Shown here one piece after another: positions 25,001 to 34,200 of a stretch of DNA of 43,185 bases (its first letter is position 1; each line of letters starts with the position of its first letter). Below the pieces are notes generated by a model. That model was not told the DNA's origin and did no database searches. It was given only the letters and a program-made list of their open reading frames with translations. Made by a program: the position numbers and the translations under genes. The stretch is from a virus (lineage: Duplodnaviria; Caudoviricetes): IMG/VR virus record IMGVR_UViG_3300005764_000033, positions 1-43,185 of that record. One strand, 5' to 3'.

Positions 25001-28000
25001 GCTGCTGAGCGGATCGGCACCGCTCAAGCCTGCGCGGTTCTCGGCATCGATGTAGTCGACGAACTGCCGCCAGCGTTCGGCGGGCATGCGCGACTGCACC
25101 GCCAGCCGGGACAGCATCTCGTGGGTCTTGGACGCCTCGATGATGTGGCGCGCCGTGGCATACACCTTGTTGACGATGCCTTCGAACGGCGCGACGACCT
25201 CGCGGAACCCCGGCTCGGCGCGGCGGCCCAACTGGTTGATGTCGTGCCAGCGCATGCCGATACCGCTCAGGCCGCCGCGCTGCTGCCAGTAGTATTTGGC
25301 CCGCTCGATGCCCTCCTTGGCGATGTTGCCCGCATCCTCCATGGTGAAGGGATGCACCTCGGCCTTGGCTTCCGGCCGCACCCGGCCCAGTGGCTCGATC
25401 GAATGGAACAGGTCGAGCGAATGGATGATGGCGTCGTTCAACAGCTTGTTTCTGTTGGTCTGCATGAACAGCTTCATGAAGCCGTCGCGGATGACGCGCA
25501 GCGTCTGCTCAAGGAACGACTGGCGCTCCCCGGTGCGCAGGTCACGCCGCAGTTCCGGCGACGTTTCGATGCTGCGCAGCGCCGCCATCAGGCTGCCGTC
25601 GTCGTTGAACAGTTCAGAGATGAACTCGTGAACGTTCTTCAGCGACTGTATGCGGTCGCCAAGGATTTCCCGCACCCGGTTGGGGGCCCACGTGGTTCCG
25701 ACCGACTCATAGTAAGCCTTGTTCAACTCCTGCCGGATGCGATCGAGCTTGGCCGTGATCTCGGGGAACCGCTCGCCTGCCGCCACGGTGAGCGGATGCA
25801 TGAACTCGTGGCCAAGGATGTAAGCGCGGTTCTCGCCGTTGGCGGTGATGTTGTCGGTGAAGATGCGATGGCTGGCTTGGTCGTAGAACGCCGGATGGTC
25901 GCCCTCCAGCCCGCGCCGTTCCTTGACAAGCTGGAACTGCTCGGGCGTCAGCACGACGACATCGACGTCGCCCGACACCTTGTCGACGATGTCGAAGAAG
26001 TGGTTGAGCAGCCGCGCCCGTGGCGACGTGTCGGTCGGGTCAGGGCGGATGCTGCGCTCGCCGGTCAGGAAGTCGCTGATCCGGTGCACGGTGGCACCGC
26101 GCGGTAGGGGCGGCGGCTTAGGCGGCCGGGGCACGGCGCGCTGTGGCATCCACGGCTTGCCCTCGCGCTCGGCGATGGCACGCTGCTCGGCCATCGCCTT
26201 CTCGCGCTGCATCTCGCGCTCGCCCTTGCCGAACAGGCCTCGGGCAGCCCCCTGCTCCTCGTACTTCGGCAGGAAGTCGCGCTCCTCGGGCGTGCGCTCG
26301 CGGATTTGCGTCACCGGCTTGGCCCGCAGGTCGGCCGCCGGATCGAGCACGTCGCCCGTGCGGTAGTCCCAGTTGATCGCTTCCGGGTCGAGTTGCTCGT
26401 AGGCTTGCCGGGTCTTGTCCTGCAGCAGCGCGATCTCTTCGTCGATCATGCGCGTCAGCCGGTCCAGCGTCTCGTACTTGATCGGCAGGCCCTCCAACGG
26501 CATCGCGGCCGTGCGCAGGTAATAGCGCAAGGTCTGGATCACTGGCTTAAGCTCGCCGATGCCGACACGCTGCGGGATGTAGCTGCGCGCCTGCATCAAC
26601 TCCTCGATGCGGGCATTGTTGGCATGCACCTGCTGATCGGCCTCCTCACGCGTCAGCTTGGGGCCCGCCGCGGCCTTCTCGATCTCCCTGATGCTGCCGT
26701 CGATCTGCTCCTGCGTGCGGCCGTCACGGGCGATCAGCGAGCGCTTGAAGGCTTCGTCGTTCTGCCGCTTCTGCTCACGCGAGAGTTGGACTTCATCCTC
26801 TTCGGGCAGCCGTCCCTTGGGGCCGAACCGAGCGGCGTAGAAATCAAGCAGCCGCTTGCGCAGTTCCTCGTTGATGTCCGGTTTGTCCATGTACTCGGCA
26901 ATGGCTTCGCTGAACTCGGCGATGCTGCGGCCGGACCGGGTCTGCATGTCCTCCATGGCGTCGCGTATCTCGGCCAGCTTGTCGAGCCGCTTGCGCGCCC
27001 GGTCGACTGCCGCCCTGTCGACCTTCAGCGACTCGGCCCGTTCATAAATCTCCCGGCCGCGCTTGGTCTGGTTGCCACCGGCCGCTTCGGCCTGCCGATA
27101 GAGTTCCTGCCGCATGGCATCCTGACGTTCGTACTCGTCGATGATGCCCTGCTGCTTGATCGTGTCGGCCGCCACATCCTCGTACAGGATGCTCTCGCCA
27201 TGCTTGTTGAGCGCAACCACCTCGTCGAGCTTACCGGCTTGGATCAGACGCTCGCGCATCCACGCATCGAGCAACCGGTTGCGCAGCAGCCGTTGCGGCT
27301 CCATGCCGCGCCCGCTGGCAACCCGGTCACGCAGGTTCAACAGCATGCCGACGCGCTGGTTGTAGTCGCTCAGCACGTCGTACCACGGATTGACGCCGCT
27401 GACCCTGCTGCCGATCCTGAAGGAGACTTGCGGCCGACGCGGGCCGCCCGGCGGATAGAGTTCAAGCTCCAGCTTGCGCAAGGCGATGTTGCCCTCGGCC
27501 ACCCGATGCATCATCAGGCCAATCAGGCGATCGGCTGCCTCGACCAGCTTGTCCTTGTCGACGCCGTCGAGCGGCAACTCGTGAGCTTCGCCGACCGGCA
27601 ATGCCTCTTCGGCGGTGCCGCGCAGGCGCACACGACCGGCAGGCGTGATCAGGTCGTTGAGATACTGGCCCAGACTGATGCGCTCGGCCGCCATGCCGGG
27701 AGCGCGTTCGATCAGTCTCGGTTCTTCTTTCTTGCCAACCTTCCGCTCGATCGGCTTGTCGGCGTCGAAGAAGTCCACTGGGATGCTGTCGGCATGCATC
27801 TCGGGGTCTTCCAGCACCGCCTTGAGCACGACCTCGCGGGCATCCTGATCGGGCTTGGTGCGGCCTTCCTTGCGGGCGCGCTCCTTGGCCAGCTTGGCGG
27901 CAGCCCGGGTCGCCCGCTGGACCTCGGGGCTGCGCGCGATCGAACGCCGTGCCCTGTCTGCGATGATGCGGATGGCTTCTTGGGTGGCGCCGATCTCGTT

Positions 28001-31000
28001 AGCCATCTGCTGGAGATCGACGATGCGGTGCAGGCGCGCCTCCTCGACCCGCGATCTCTCGACCGACTTCTCCCATTCAGCCTGCCGCTTCTCCTCGGTC
28101 GCTGCGATCTCGGCCTTGATTTCGGCTTCGCGTTGCTCGGCGCGCTGCCGTACCCGCTCGGCGATAAGTCTGGCGCGCGGTTCGGGCGGCAACCAACGCG
28201 GCTCGCCTTCCTCGGGCCAGATGCCGCGCATCTGCCCCTTGGTGCGCTGTGCGTACTCCATGGTGGTCGTCGGCTCGAAGCCATACTGCACCGGGCCCCT
28301 CTCGCCCACGACCCTGCGCCGCAGCCTACCGGTCGCCTTGCGCAGTTCCTCCATCTCAGGTGTGCGCTCGGCACGCGCCTTGGCCTGTTCAAGGCGGCGC
28401 GCGACTTCGACAGCCGTGCGCAGCCTGCCGGGCATGCGCGCGACAAGACCGACTGCTCGTTGGGCTCTGAGGGTGCCGGGTTGGAACCTACCCTCACGGG
28501 TAAGTCCCAACGTTGCAGCGAGACGCTTAGCCCGTCTTCCAGCAGGAGACGGTTCTACGACAGGTAGCCAGCGCGGACCGACTAGCGGCCTTTCGCCCGG
28601 CTCGACTTCCGGCCCGTACTCGCCCGGCGGCTTCGGGATGACTTCCTTGAAGACATCGAAGGCGTGCTCTGCTTCTGCTTCTTGACGGCTCGGTTCTTCG
28701 CCACGTGGTTCTCCCTCTGGGGGGCGACGTTCACCCTCCGGTTTGTATTCACCGAGTTCACCCGCCTCCATCTCACGACCGGGGACAGGTTCGTAAGGGC
28801 CCTCTTCGTAGCGCCGTTCGGGCTCCTTACCGCGCAGTTCATCAGCGAGTGCGCGTAAGTTCCTTTTTACCACATCGCGTACATCGGCTTCCATGCCTTT
28901 AACGGCTTCGCGCCACGATCGTGGCATGCGTGCATAGTTGCCTTTGGTCTTTTCCAGTGCATCTGCCCATTCGGCCCGCTGTGCTGACGTACCCTTGTCC
29001 TTTAGCCGTTGAACAGTGTCGTGCTCCTTGGGCGTGAAGCCGCTCGGCTCGGGCGGCACCTCGCGAATGCCGCGGCGGAACTCGGCGATGACGGCACGGG
29101 GATGATCACGCAGCAGGCGCTCGACACGCTCGTCGTACTTCAGCCCGGCGATGCGGCTGAGCGATGCCGTCTCGCCGCGCTCGTGCATGCGCTCCAGCAT
29201 CTGGGCGATGCGGACCCGCTGGGCAGGCGGCACGTCGCGTATCGTCTTGCGGATCGCCGCGCGATCGGGATACGGCAACTCTGCTTCGACCGGCTCGCCC
29301 CTAACCTCACCAGCGCGTCGCCGCCCGCCTGCCAATTCGAGCTTCGCTTCGGCCGCCGCCTCGTGCCGCGCCTTGACCTCGGCGGCGCGTTGCTTGGCCG
29401 CTTCGGCCTCGGCTTCCTCACGCGCCTTGGCTTCGCGTTCTGGCACTTCAACTGGTGCAGCCCGCTCGATCGGCAGTTCACGAACCGGCGGCCGGGCTGC
29501 GGGTTCACGTCCGGGCTCGACGAGATGGCCATAGTCATAGCCACCGCGCACCTCGCGAGGATGGATGTCCTCGCCGGTGATCAGCATCTCGCGCGCGGGT
29601 GCAGGCGGCGGGCCATACTGTACTTCAGCCTGAGGCCCGTACTCGCCATACGCCTGTCGTGCTTGTTCACGCGCCATCCTGCGGCTCGGCGTGCCGCGCG
29701 GCGTATAGCCTTCCACCGGAGCGACCTCGGCAGGCTCCATCGGCACGCCACCCATGACGGGTGGCCGCGCGCCATACTCGGCACCGTACTCGCTGGGATG
29801 GATGTCGGTCTCCCACATCGGGCGTGGCGGACGTGGCGGAGGCGGTCCACCTCCACCGCCGCCTCCGCCACGGGGCGGGGGACCGCCTCTCGGCGGTGGA
29901 GGTGTCGGCGGCGACGGAGGTGGAGCACCTGCAGGTCGGCCGCCGGGCGGGATTTCTTCGCCGTACTCGGAAGGCGTCGGCGGATAGATGTCGCCCTCGA
30001 CCATCGGGCCGCGAGCCGGTGGCTCGGGCCAACCGCCACGGGGCCGCGATGGATAGGGCACCTCGGGTGGCGCATAGCCGCCCGGTGGCGGCAGCACGCG
30101 AGGCTCATGGATGACGCCGCTGCCCAGTGCCGAATATTCAGTTGCGCCAATGTCCTCTGGTACTATCCCCGGTACTGGACCATATCGTGGCGCGCCCGGG
30201 CCGAGATGACTCGGATAGAGCGGTGTCTTCGGCCCGGACTCGCCATACTCGCTCGCACCGATATCGCCGGGCGTCATCTCCTCCGCGCCGCCGGTCGCAA
30301 TCGGTCGCGGCGTTCTCGACGGCTGGCCATAACCCTGCGCCTGCATGCGCGCTGTCGTCACCGTGTCGGTGCCGATCGGCGGCGCGGTCGTGCGGCGATG
30401 CGTCAGCGCACCGACTGCGCCAAACGTTAGGCCCTGCTTGACCGCCTCTTCCTTGACCGCTCCGTAATCAATATTGGGCCGCAGCCCCATGGCGACGTCG
30501 GTCGCTTGCGACGTGTAGGCACCGCCACCGCCCATCGCCGCGCCGCCGACACCGCCCTGCAGGCCGCCGATCGCTTTACGTCCCGCCCAGTTGGCGACGC
30601 CGGGGCCTTGATTGACGTTCGCCAGAATGCGGTCGGTGATGTTGCCCGCCTGCGTGCGCATGAACCCCTTGGTCATCATGCCAAGGGCACCGCCACCGAT
30701 GATGTTGCCGATCACGGCAGGAGCAACGTTCTCCCACGTCTCCAGCTTAGAGAGGTCGGTGCCCTTGGTGTACAGGTTCTCTCTCAACTCCTCGTCACTC
30801 TGACCCGGATACTCGCGCAATTGGTCAAGTTGTTCTTTCGGCAGGTTCATCACCCGCTCGCGCGCCTGCACGCGCTGGCCACCCAGCGCCAGCGCACCGA
30901 ACGCAAACGGCGCGGCGGGACCGGTTGCCGCCAACGGTGCATACGGCACGATGCCAGTGGCCACGTCGGTGATGTCGTCGATCGTCGTCTTAGCTTCGGG

Positions 31001-31291
31001 ATGCTGGGTGCGATACTGACCGGCGGCTGTCTTGCCGCGCTCTATCCATTCACTGGCCCTTGCCAGTTCATCCATGTCACGGCGCGCTTGCGTCTGCTGC
31101 GGACCGGGGACCGTCGCCGCTTCGCGCAAGCCGCCGATGTCGCGCACCACGCCCAAGCCACCCTTGGTGACGTCGAGGGCAACGTCACGCAGGTAGCCAC
31201 CGATACCCTCGCGCCTCGGAGCCGGGGTCTCCGGCGCGTTGGTCGCCATGCCGAAGCCGGTATAGGCGTCTGGTGTCGGTTCGTTGGCCAT
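22058..31291 (-). CDS. Giant internal virion/ejection protein (polyvalent-type) with zincin-like HExxH domain and PLxRFG-like segment
   Basis: 3077 aa; ILGHEFMHP...HEFISE; WYPMMRRGKWVV; hydrophobic Gly-rich N-terminal region; last of three large genes after the tail genes. Confidence 0.75.
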   Translation of the reverse strand: MANEPTPDAYTGFGMATNAPETPAPRREGIGGYLRDVALDVTKGGLGVVRDIGGLREAATVPGPQQTQARRDMDELARASEWIERGKTAAGQYRTQHPEAKTTIDDITDVATGIVPYAPLAATGPAAPFAFGALALGGQRVQARERVMNLPKEQLDQLREYPGQSDEELRENLYTKGTDLSKLETWENVAPAVIGNIIGGGALGMMTKGFMRTQAGNITDRILANVNQGPGVANWAGRKAIGGLQGGVGGAAMGGGGAYTSQATDVAMGLRPNIDYGAVKEEAVKQGLTFGAVGALTHRRTTAPPIGTDTVTTARMQAQGYGQPSRTPRPIATGGAEEMTPGDIGASEYGESGPKTPLYPSHLGPGAPRYGPVPGIVPEDIGATEYSALGSGVIHEPRVLPPPGGYAPPEVPYPSRPRGGWPEPPARGPMVEGDIYPPTPSEYGEEIPPGGRPAGAPPPSPPTPPPPRGGPPPRGGGGGGGGPPPPRPPRPMWETDIHPSEYGAEYGARPPVMGGVPMEPAEVAPVEGYTPRGTPSRRMAREQARQAYGEYGPQAEVQYGPPPAPAREMLITGEDIHPREVRGGYDYGHLVEPGREPAARPPVRELPIERAAPVEVPEREAKAREEAEAEAAKQRAAEVKARHEAAAEAKLELAGGRRRAGEVRGEPVEAELPYPDRAAIRKTIRDVPPAQRVRIAQMLERMHERGETASLSRIAGLKYDERVERLLRDHPRAVIAEFRRGIREVPPEPSGFTPKEHDTVQRLKDKGTSAQRAEWADALEKTKGNYARMPRSWREAVKGMEADVRDVVKRNLRALADELRGKEPERRYEEGPYEPVPGREMEAGELGEYKPEGERRPPEGEPRGEEPSRQEAEAEHAFDVFKEVIPKPPGEYGPEVEPGERPLVGPRWLPVVEPSPAGRRAKRLAATLGLTREGRFQPGTLRAQRAVGLVARMPGRLRTAVEVARRLEQAKARAERTPEMEELRKATGRLRRRVVGERGPVQYGFEPTTTMEYAQRTKGQMRGIWPEEGEPRWLPPEPRARLIAERVRQRAEQREAEIKAEIAATEEKRQAEWEKSVERSRVEEARLHRIVDLQQMANEIGATQEAIRIIADRARRSIARSPEVQRATRAAAKLAKERARKEGRTKPDQDAREVVLKAVLEDPEMHADSIPVDFFDADKPIERKVGKKEEPRLIERAPGMAAERISLGQYLNDLITPAGRVRLRGTAEEALPVGEAHELPLDGVDKDKLVEAADRLIGLMMHRVAEGNIALRKLELELYPPGGPRRPQVSFRIGSRVSGVNPWYDVLSDYNQRVGMLLNLRDRVASGRGMEPQRLLRNRLLDAWMRERLIQAGKLDEVVALNKHGESILYEDVAADTIKQQGIIDEYERQDAMRQELYRQAEAAGGNQTKRGREIYERAESLKVDRAAVDRARKRLDKLAEIRDAMEDMQTRSGRSIAEFSEAIAEYMDKPDINEELRKRLLDFYAARFGPKGRLPEEDEVQLSREQKRQNDEAFKRSLIARDGRTQEQIDGSIREIEKAAAGPKLTREEADQQVHANNARIEELMQARSYIPQRVGIGELKPVIQTLRYYLRTAAMPLEGLPIKYETLDRLTRMIDEEIALLQDKTRQAYEQLDPEAINWDYRTGDVLDPAADLRAKPVTQIRERTPEERDFLPKYEEQGAARGLFGKGEREMQREKAMAEQRAIAEREGKPWMPQRAVPRPPKPPPLPRGATVHRISDFLTGERSIRPDPTDTSPRARLLNHFFDIVDKVSGDVDVVVLTPEQFQLVKERRGLEGDHPAFYDQASHRIFTDNITANGENRAYILGHEFMHPLTVAAGERFPEITAKLDRIRQELNKAYYESVGTTWAPNRVREILGDRIQSLKNVHEFISELFNDDGSLMAALRSIETSPELRRDLRTGERQSFLEQTLRVIRDGFMKLFMQTNRNKLLNDAIIHSLDLFHSIEPLGRVRPEAKAEVHPFTMEDAGNIAKEGIERAKYYWQQRGGLSGIGMRWHDINQLGRRAEPGFREVVAPFEGIVNKVYATARHIIEASKTHEMLSRLAVQSRMPAERWRQFVDYIDAENRAGLSGADPLSSPENKWVSPTSVGHSQMRAQHAELQRLWNALSPDQKAMRNELLDFTRKRHSESLHSQIEKLIKLKQYVPSNDRAQVEALKKHIMQEPLSSAEEAALRNIKGYDEEKSPFTKWVNEVRSVPQFRKLPGVWYPMMRRGKWVVEGIYKLGQYARAVDPNAREVVRGDWEFDNEAARDQFINRVTGNDKTKDLKLLRVREVAYEKDPTTGGIKMEDGKAVRAPKVKHDGSVIVKYRAEFNPLLLEFHTSKFKAAQRHADLRNAYNPDDMELTHTEPVRDREKTYVPDMQARRAQAAVMRGLQNSPGWEMLSDVEKAQLKRDFDESTLRHVMSTSARATYLPRRYALGADKDLIKNFVEYGRNTAFTLAHNQHAAEVHAALKRMDDYVEQHKAGASPGDPTGRYGTVRAQIQQQIHRTLTQQPETETSPMWKKGLARALQVSYIDRLMSPSFLLLNASEPWVLGMPLLAGKHGFINANRELMRAYAAVGAGKLWWRGGTDFKNVIKGAWTGKEFNPHDNLLLLRDAIKGQHDEAALNKLFDYVDEHGYFDRNAGMELEQMFNPGATWLGRVTDHTDTAFRQVNNQVENVNRAVTAIASYRLAIQRGMSHEAALAHAKDMMHDVNGNYAAHASAEMFRHPWLKPALQFKRYGHRIASNYLRLFATVFGRKENVSPEDRAVALKQLMYWTASQVAVSGMLGLPTEPLRATVNALKFAGLINWNWDDVEIAARNGAADVLGPELGMTLTRGVLRNLGLGIGTRMGYDSLFLSPGSIGDTPASWFEAAGRFALGSPGGMGFDIAEGVRAGIRGAINSSQGFDTAADRDYGEFVEKAIPIKAVGDIYRAYSQAIGGRKSETKGGAPLGYDPTTAETVLAALGIRSARQQEAGEFRQEFQIKQKRYNDQKNSLLTAYAMADSPAERGRIIQYVTQEFNPDLPSELKIGVHQLEAARHRREVRAGQPGEYMGMPVNRRTRAFLPDRDVYNIGG

Positions 31292-31292
31292 T

Positions 31293-34200
31293 TCAATCTC
31301 TCGGGCGAGTTGCTGCCTCTACGACAGGGCCGACAATAGGGAGCATCGGTGCGACCGTGCGCAAGGCAGCACCGGCGGTCGACCAACTCGGCGTCCACGA
31401 ACTCTTCTTGTCCTTGTTCTGTTCGTAGTTCTTCCAGTTGTTTTGGTGCTGCGCAACGATCCGGCTGTAGGTCGCCGCATCGACGAGGATGCTGGTCCCG
31501 TCGCCGAACCGCAGCAAAGTATTGGGATACGTCGCCGAACCAACGCGCGAAGCGCGTTGACCTTCCGCTATAGGTTGGAACTTGGTCGCCTTGCCGCCCT
31601 TCTGCCGGTTCAGTCCGACCGGGTCCGGTATGTCCTTCGACGGTGGCATGATCGACGTCGCCTGCAGGGCAAGCTCATAGGCCTGATCAGGCGTGAGCTT
31701 GTGGCTGTTCTGGGCGTAGATTTGCGTCGCGATCGTGTCGATCGTGGCGCTGTCGTTTGGACCTGCATAACGCAACGGCGAAGCATTCACTCGTCCAGCC
31801 ACATCGCCGGTCGGGTTGGTCTTGGCTTCCTTGGCCATGGCCTCGCGCTGCTCCTTGTAGCCCGCCTTCAAGTTCGCGTTGTCGGTCGGCGTGATGCGGA
31901 TCGGCTTGGTCTCTTCCCGGTCCGCCTTTTCCTCAGCTTGGAACTTGGCAATCGCCGTCTTCCTATCGGCCTCCACCTGCTTGATCAGATCGTCGAATTC
32001 TTTCCGCTTGGCCGTGATCAGGTTGGTCACCGAACTCGGCAGGTTGTTCGACTTGCGGCTGATCAGGCCGCGCCGGGCCGCACTCTCGACGATCGCATCC
32101 CCAATTCGTTTTCTGCCATCTTCAAGCTCAGCGATCCGGTCGTCGTACGCCTTGATATTGGGTGGCGGCGCTGCCGTCTCGCTATGCCGTTGCGGCAACG
32201 GCGCATAAGGGTCTTTGTCCCAGTGCTTCTGCTGCTGGTCGTCGCTGGCGGCTTTGGCCTTCTGCTCTGGCGTTTGCGGCTCGGGTGCTTTCTGTGTCGG
32301 TGGCTTCTGTTCGCCGCCGCCCTGCTCGGGCATCGGAGCACGCTGCTCCCCGCCGCCGGGTCGCTGGGTTGTCGGTGGCGGCGGTGGAGCAGCGGCCCCC
32401 GCAGTCGGCGTCGGCCCGGCGGGGGGCGTCGACGGCGCTGCTGGTGGCGTAGTCGGAGCGGTAATCTGGATAGCCTGCGTCGGACCGAATTCATCACTCG
32501 GCGGGGCTAGCGTGGCCGCTAGAGGGGTGGGCGCGGGTGGAGTGGGCGCAGGGGGCGGCGCTGGCGGCGGCTGCGTAGCGGCCGTTTGCGGGCTCATAGC
32601 GGGGGTCGTCGCAGGCGGCGGGTTTGTCGCCTGCGGACTTGGCATGGGAGCCGCCGACCCGGGCGGCGATGGCTGTGGTGTCGCGGCCGGGGGTGAAGCT
32701 GCTGGCCCAGCCGGGGCCGCCTGAGGCTGGGCCACTGGCGGAGCGGCGGCGGGCGGGGCTCTACTTGGAGCCTGAGGCGCGTTACTTGGAGCCTGCGGAT
32801 GGTCGGACCCTACCGGCGCGCCGTTGCTGCTGTGGATGACATCCCACGCCAACTGGCCCGACATCATGCCCAGCGACAGGTTCTGCAACGTGCCGGGCTG
32901 CACCGGGATGGTTGCGCCGACCTTGCCGTCCGGCCCGGTGACGACGATCGAGTTGCTCCGTTGGTCGTAATGGGGAGTACCGCTGTCGGGTATCCAGCCG
33001 TAGCCCGCCATCAACTGGTTCATCGCGCCGTTGGTGTCGCCCTTCTGCAGGGCCTTCATGGCTTCGGCCCCGTGCTGCTTGGCCTGCTGGTTGCCGAACT
33101 GGGTGATCGCAAACGACGCTGCGTCAGCTGCCTTTTGATCACCCTTGGCCATGTGGAAATCGTGCACCGCTTTAGTCGCAGCGATCATCTTCTCGTGCGG
33201 CGGCAACTTATTGTCGGGATCGACGATCTTGAACACATTGTCGACATCGACCGGTGTAGCTGCCCCATGACCTTGCGCCAATGCGAGCTTGCCCTCAGGC
33301 GTGTCGCCATAAGTCGCCTTGGCATGGTTCGACGCGCCTTGGATGGCGTAGTTGTAATCGTTAGTCGCGCTGTTTGAACTGAGGCCCGCGCCATAGACGT
33401 TGGAGCCCTGCGGGTTCATGCCGTAGCCACCCTGCGGCGAGGTGACGGGCGGCGCTGTGCTGATCGCACCATTCCCCGTACGGGGAGCCTCGCGCACCGG
33501 AAGGCCGTCCGGCCCCAACCGGCCGACAATCTGACCATTGGCATCGATGATCAAACCCGACCGAGGATCGAGCGGTGCCTTACTCGGATCGAACGCCTTG
33601 TCGCGCGGGTCCACCTGTCGTGGCGCGCCACCGCCACCGCCAGCGCCACGAGCGCGTGGCGGCGGACCTTCCGTCCCCGGACCGTACTGTGTCGGCCCCT
33701 TGGGCGGCGCTCCCGCTGGCTGATTAGTGTACTGAGGCGGCGGAGCCTCCGTCTGTGGCGGCACGTCGGGCTCGGTAGCCGCTGCCGTACCACCTTGCGG
33801 TCTAACTTCACGCCGTTGCGGCGTGATCGTCTTCGGCGGCGCGTCCTTGCCTTCGGCCCAGTCCCACGCCCGCTGGCGATCATCGGTGGTGTATCGCGGA
33901 TCAGACGGATCGAGCAGATGCGTCGGCTTCTGCCATGGCAGACGATCATCCTCACTGCCGCCCACACCGGGCCCGGCAAGCCCTGCGCCGACACCCAGTT
34001 GCGGCGTGCCCTGCGGCGGCACGTCGGGTTCGGTGCCTGCCGCCGCACCGCCGCCGCGTAGCGGTGGCCGTCGCCGCTGCTCATACGAACCACGCGACGG
34101 CGCGTCGAAGTCAGCAGGGTTGGGAGGGTTGGTCACGGAGCGCGGCGCGTCAGGACGTGGCGGGAACGGTCCCGGCATCGGGGTGTATTGTCCGCGCCAT

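Noticed and set aside
26306-28567. 753-aa + strand ORF and other long + ORFs (22166-23317, 24962-26107, 29009-30430, 31284-32510)
   Set aside because: Antisense shadows of the giant - strand genes, expected from high-GC3 codon bias; no RBS or recognisable motifs
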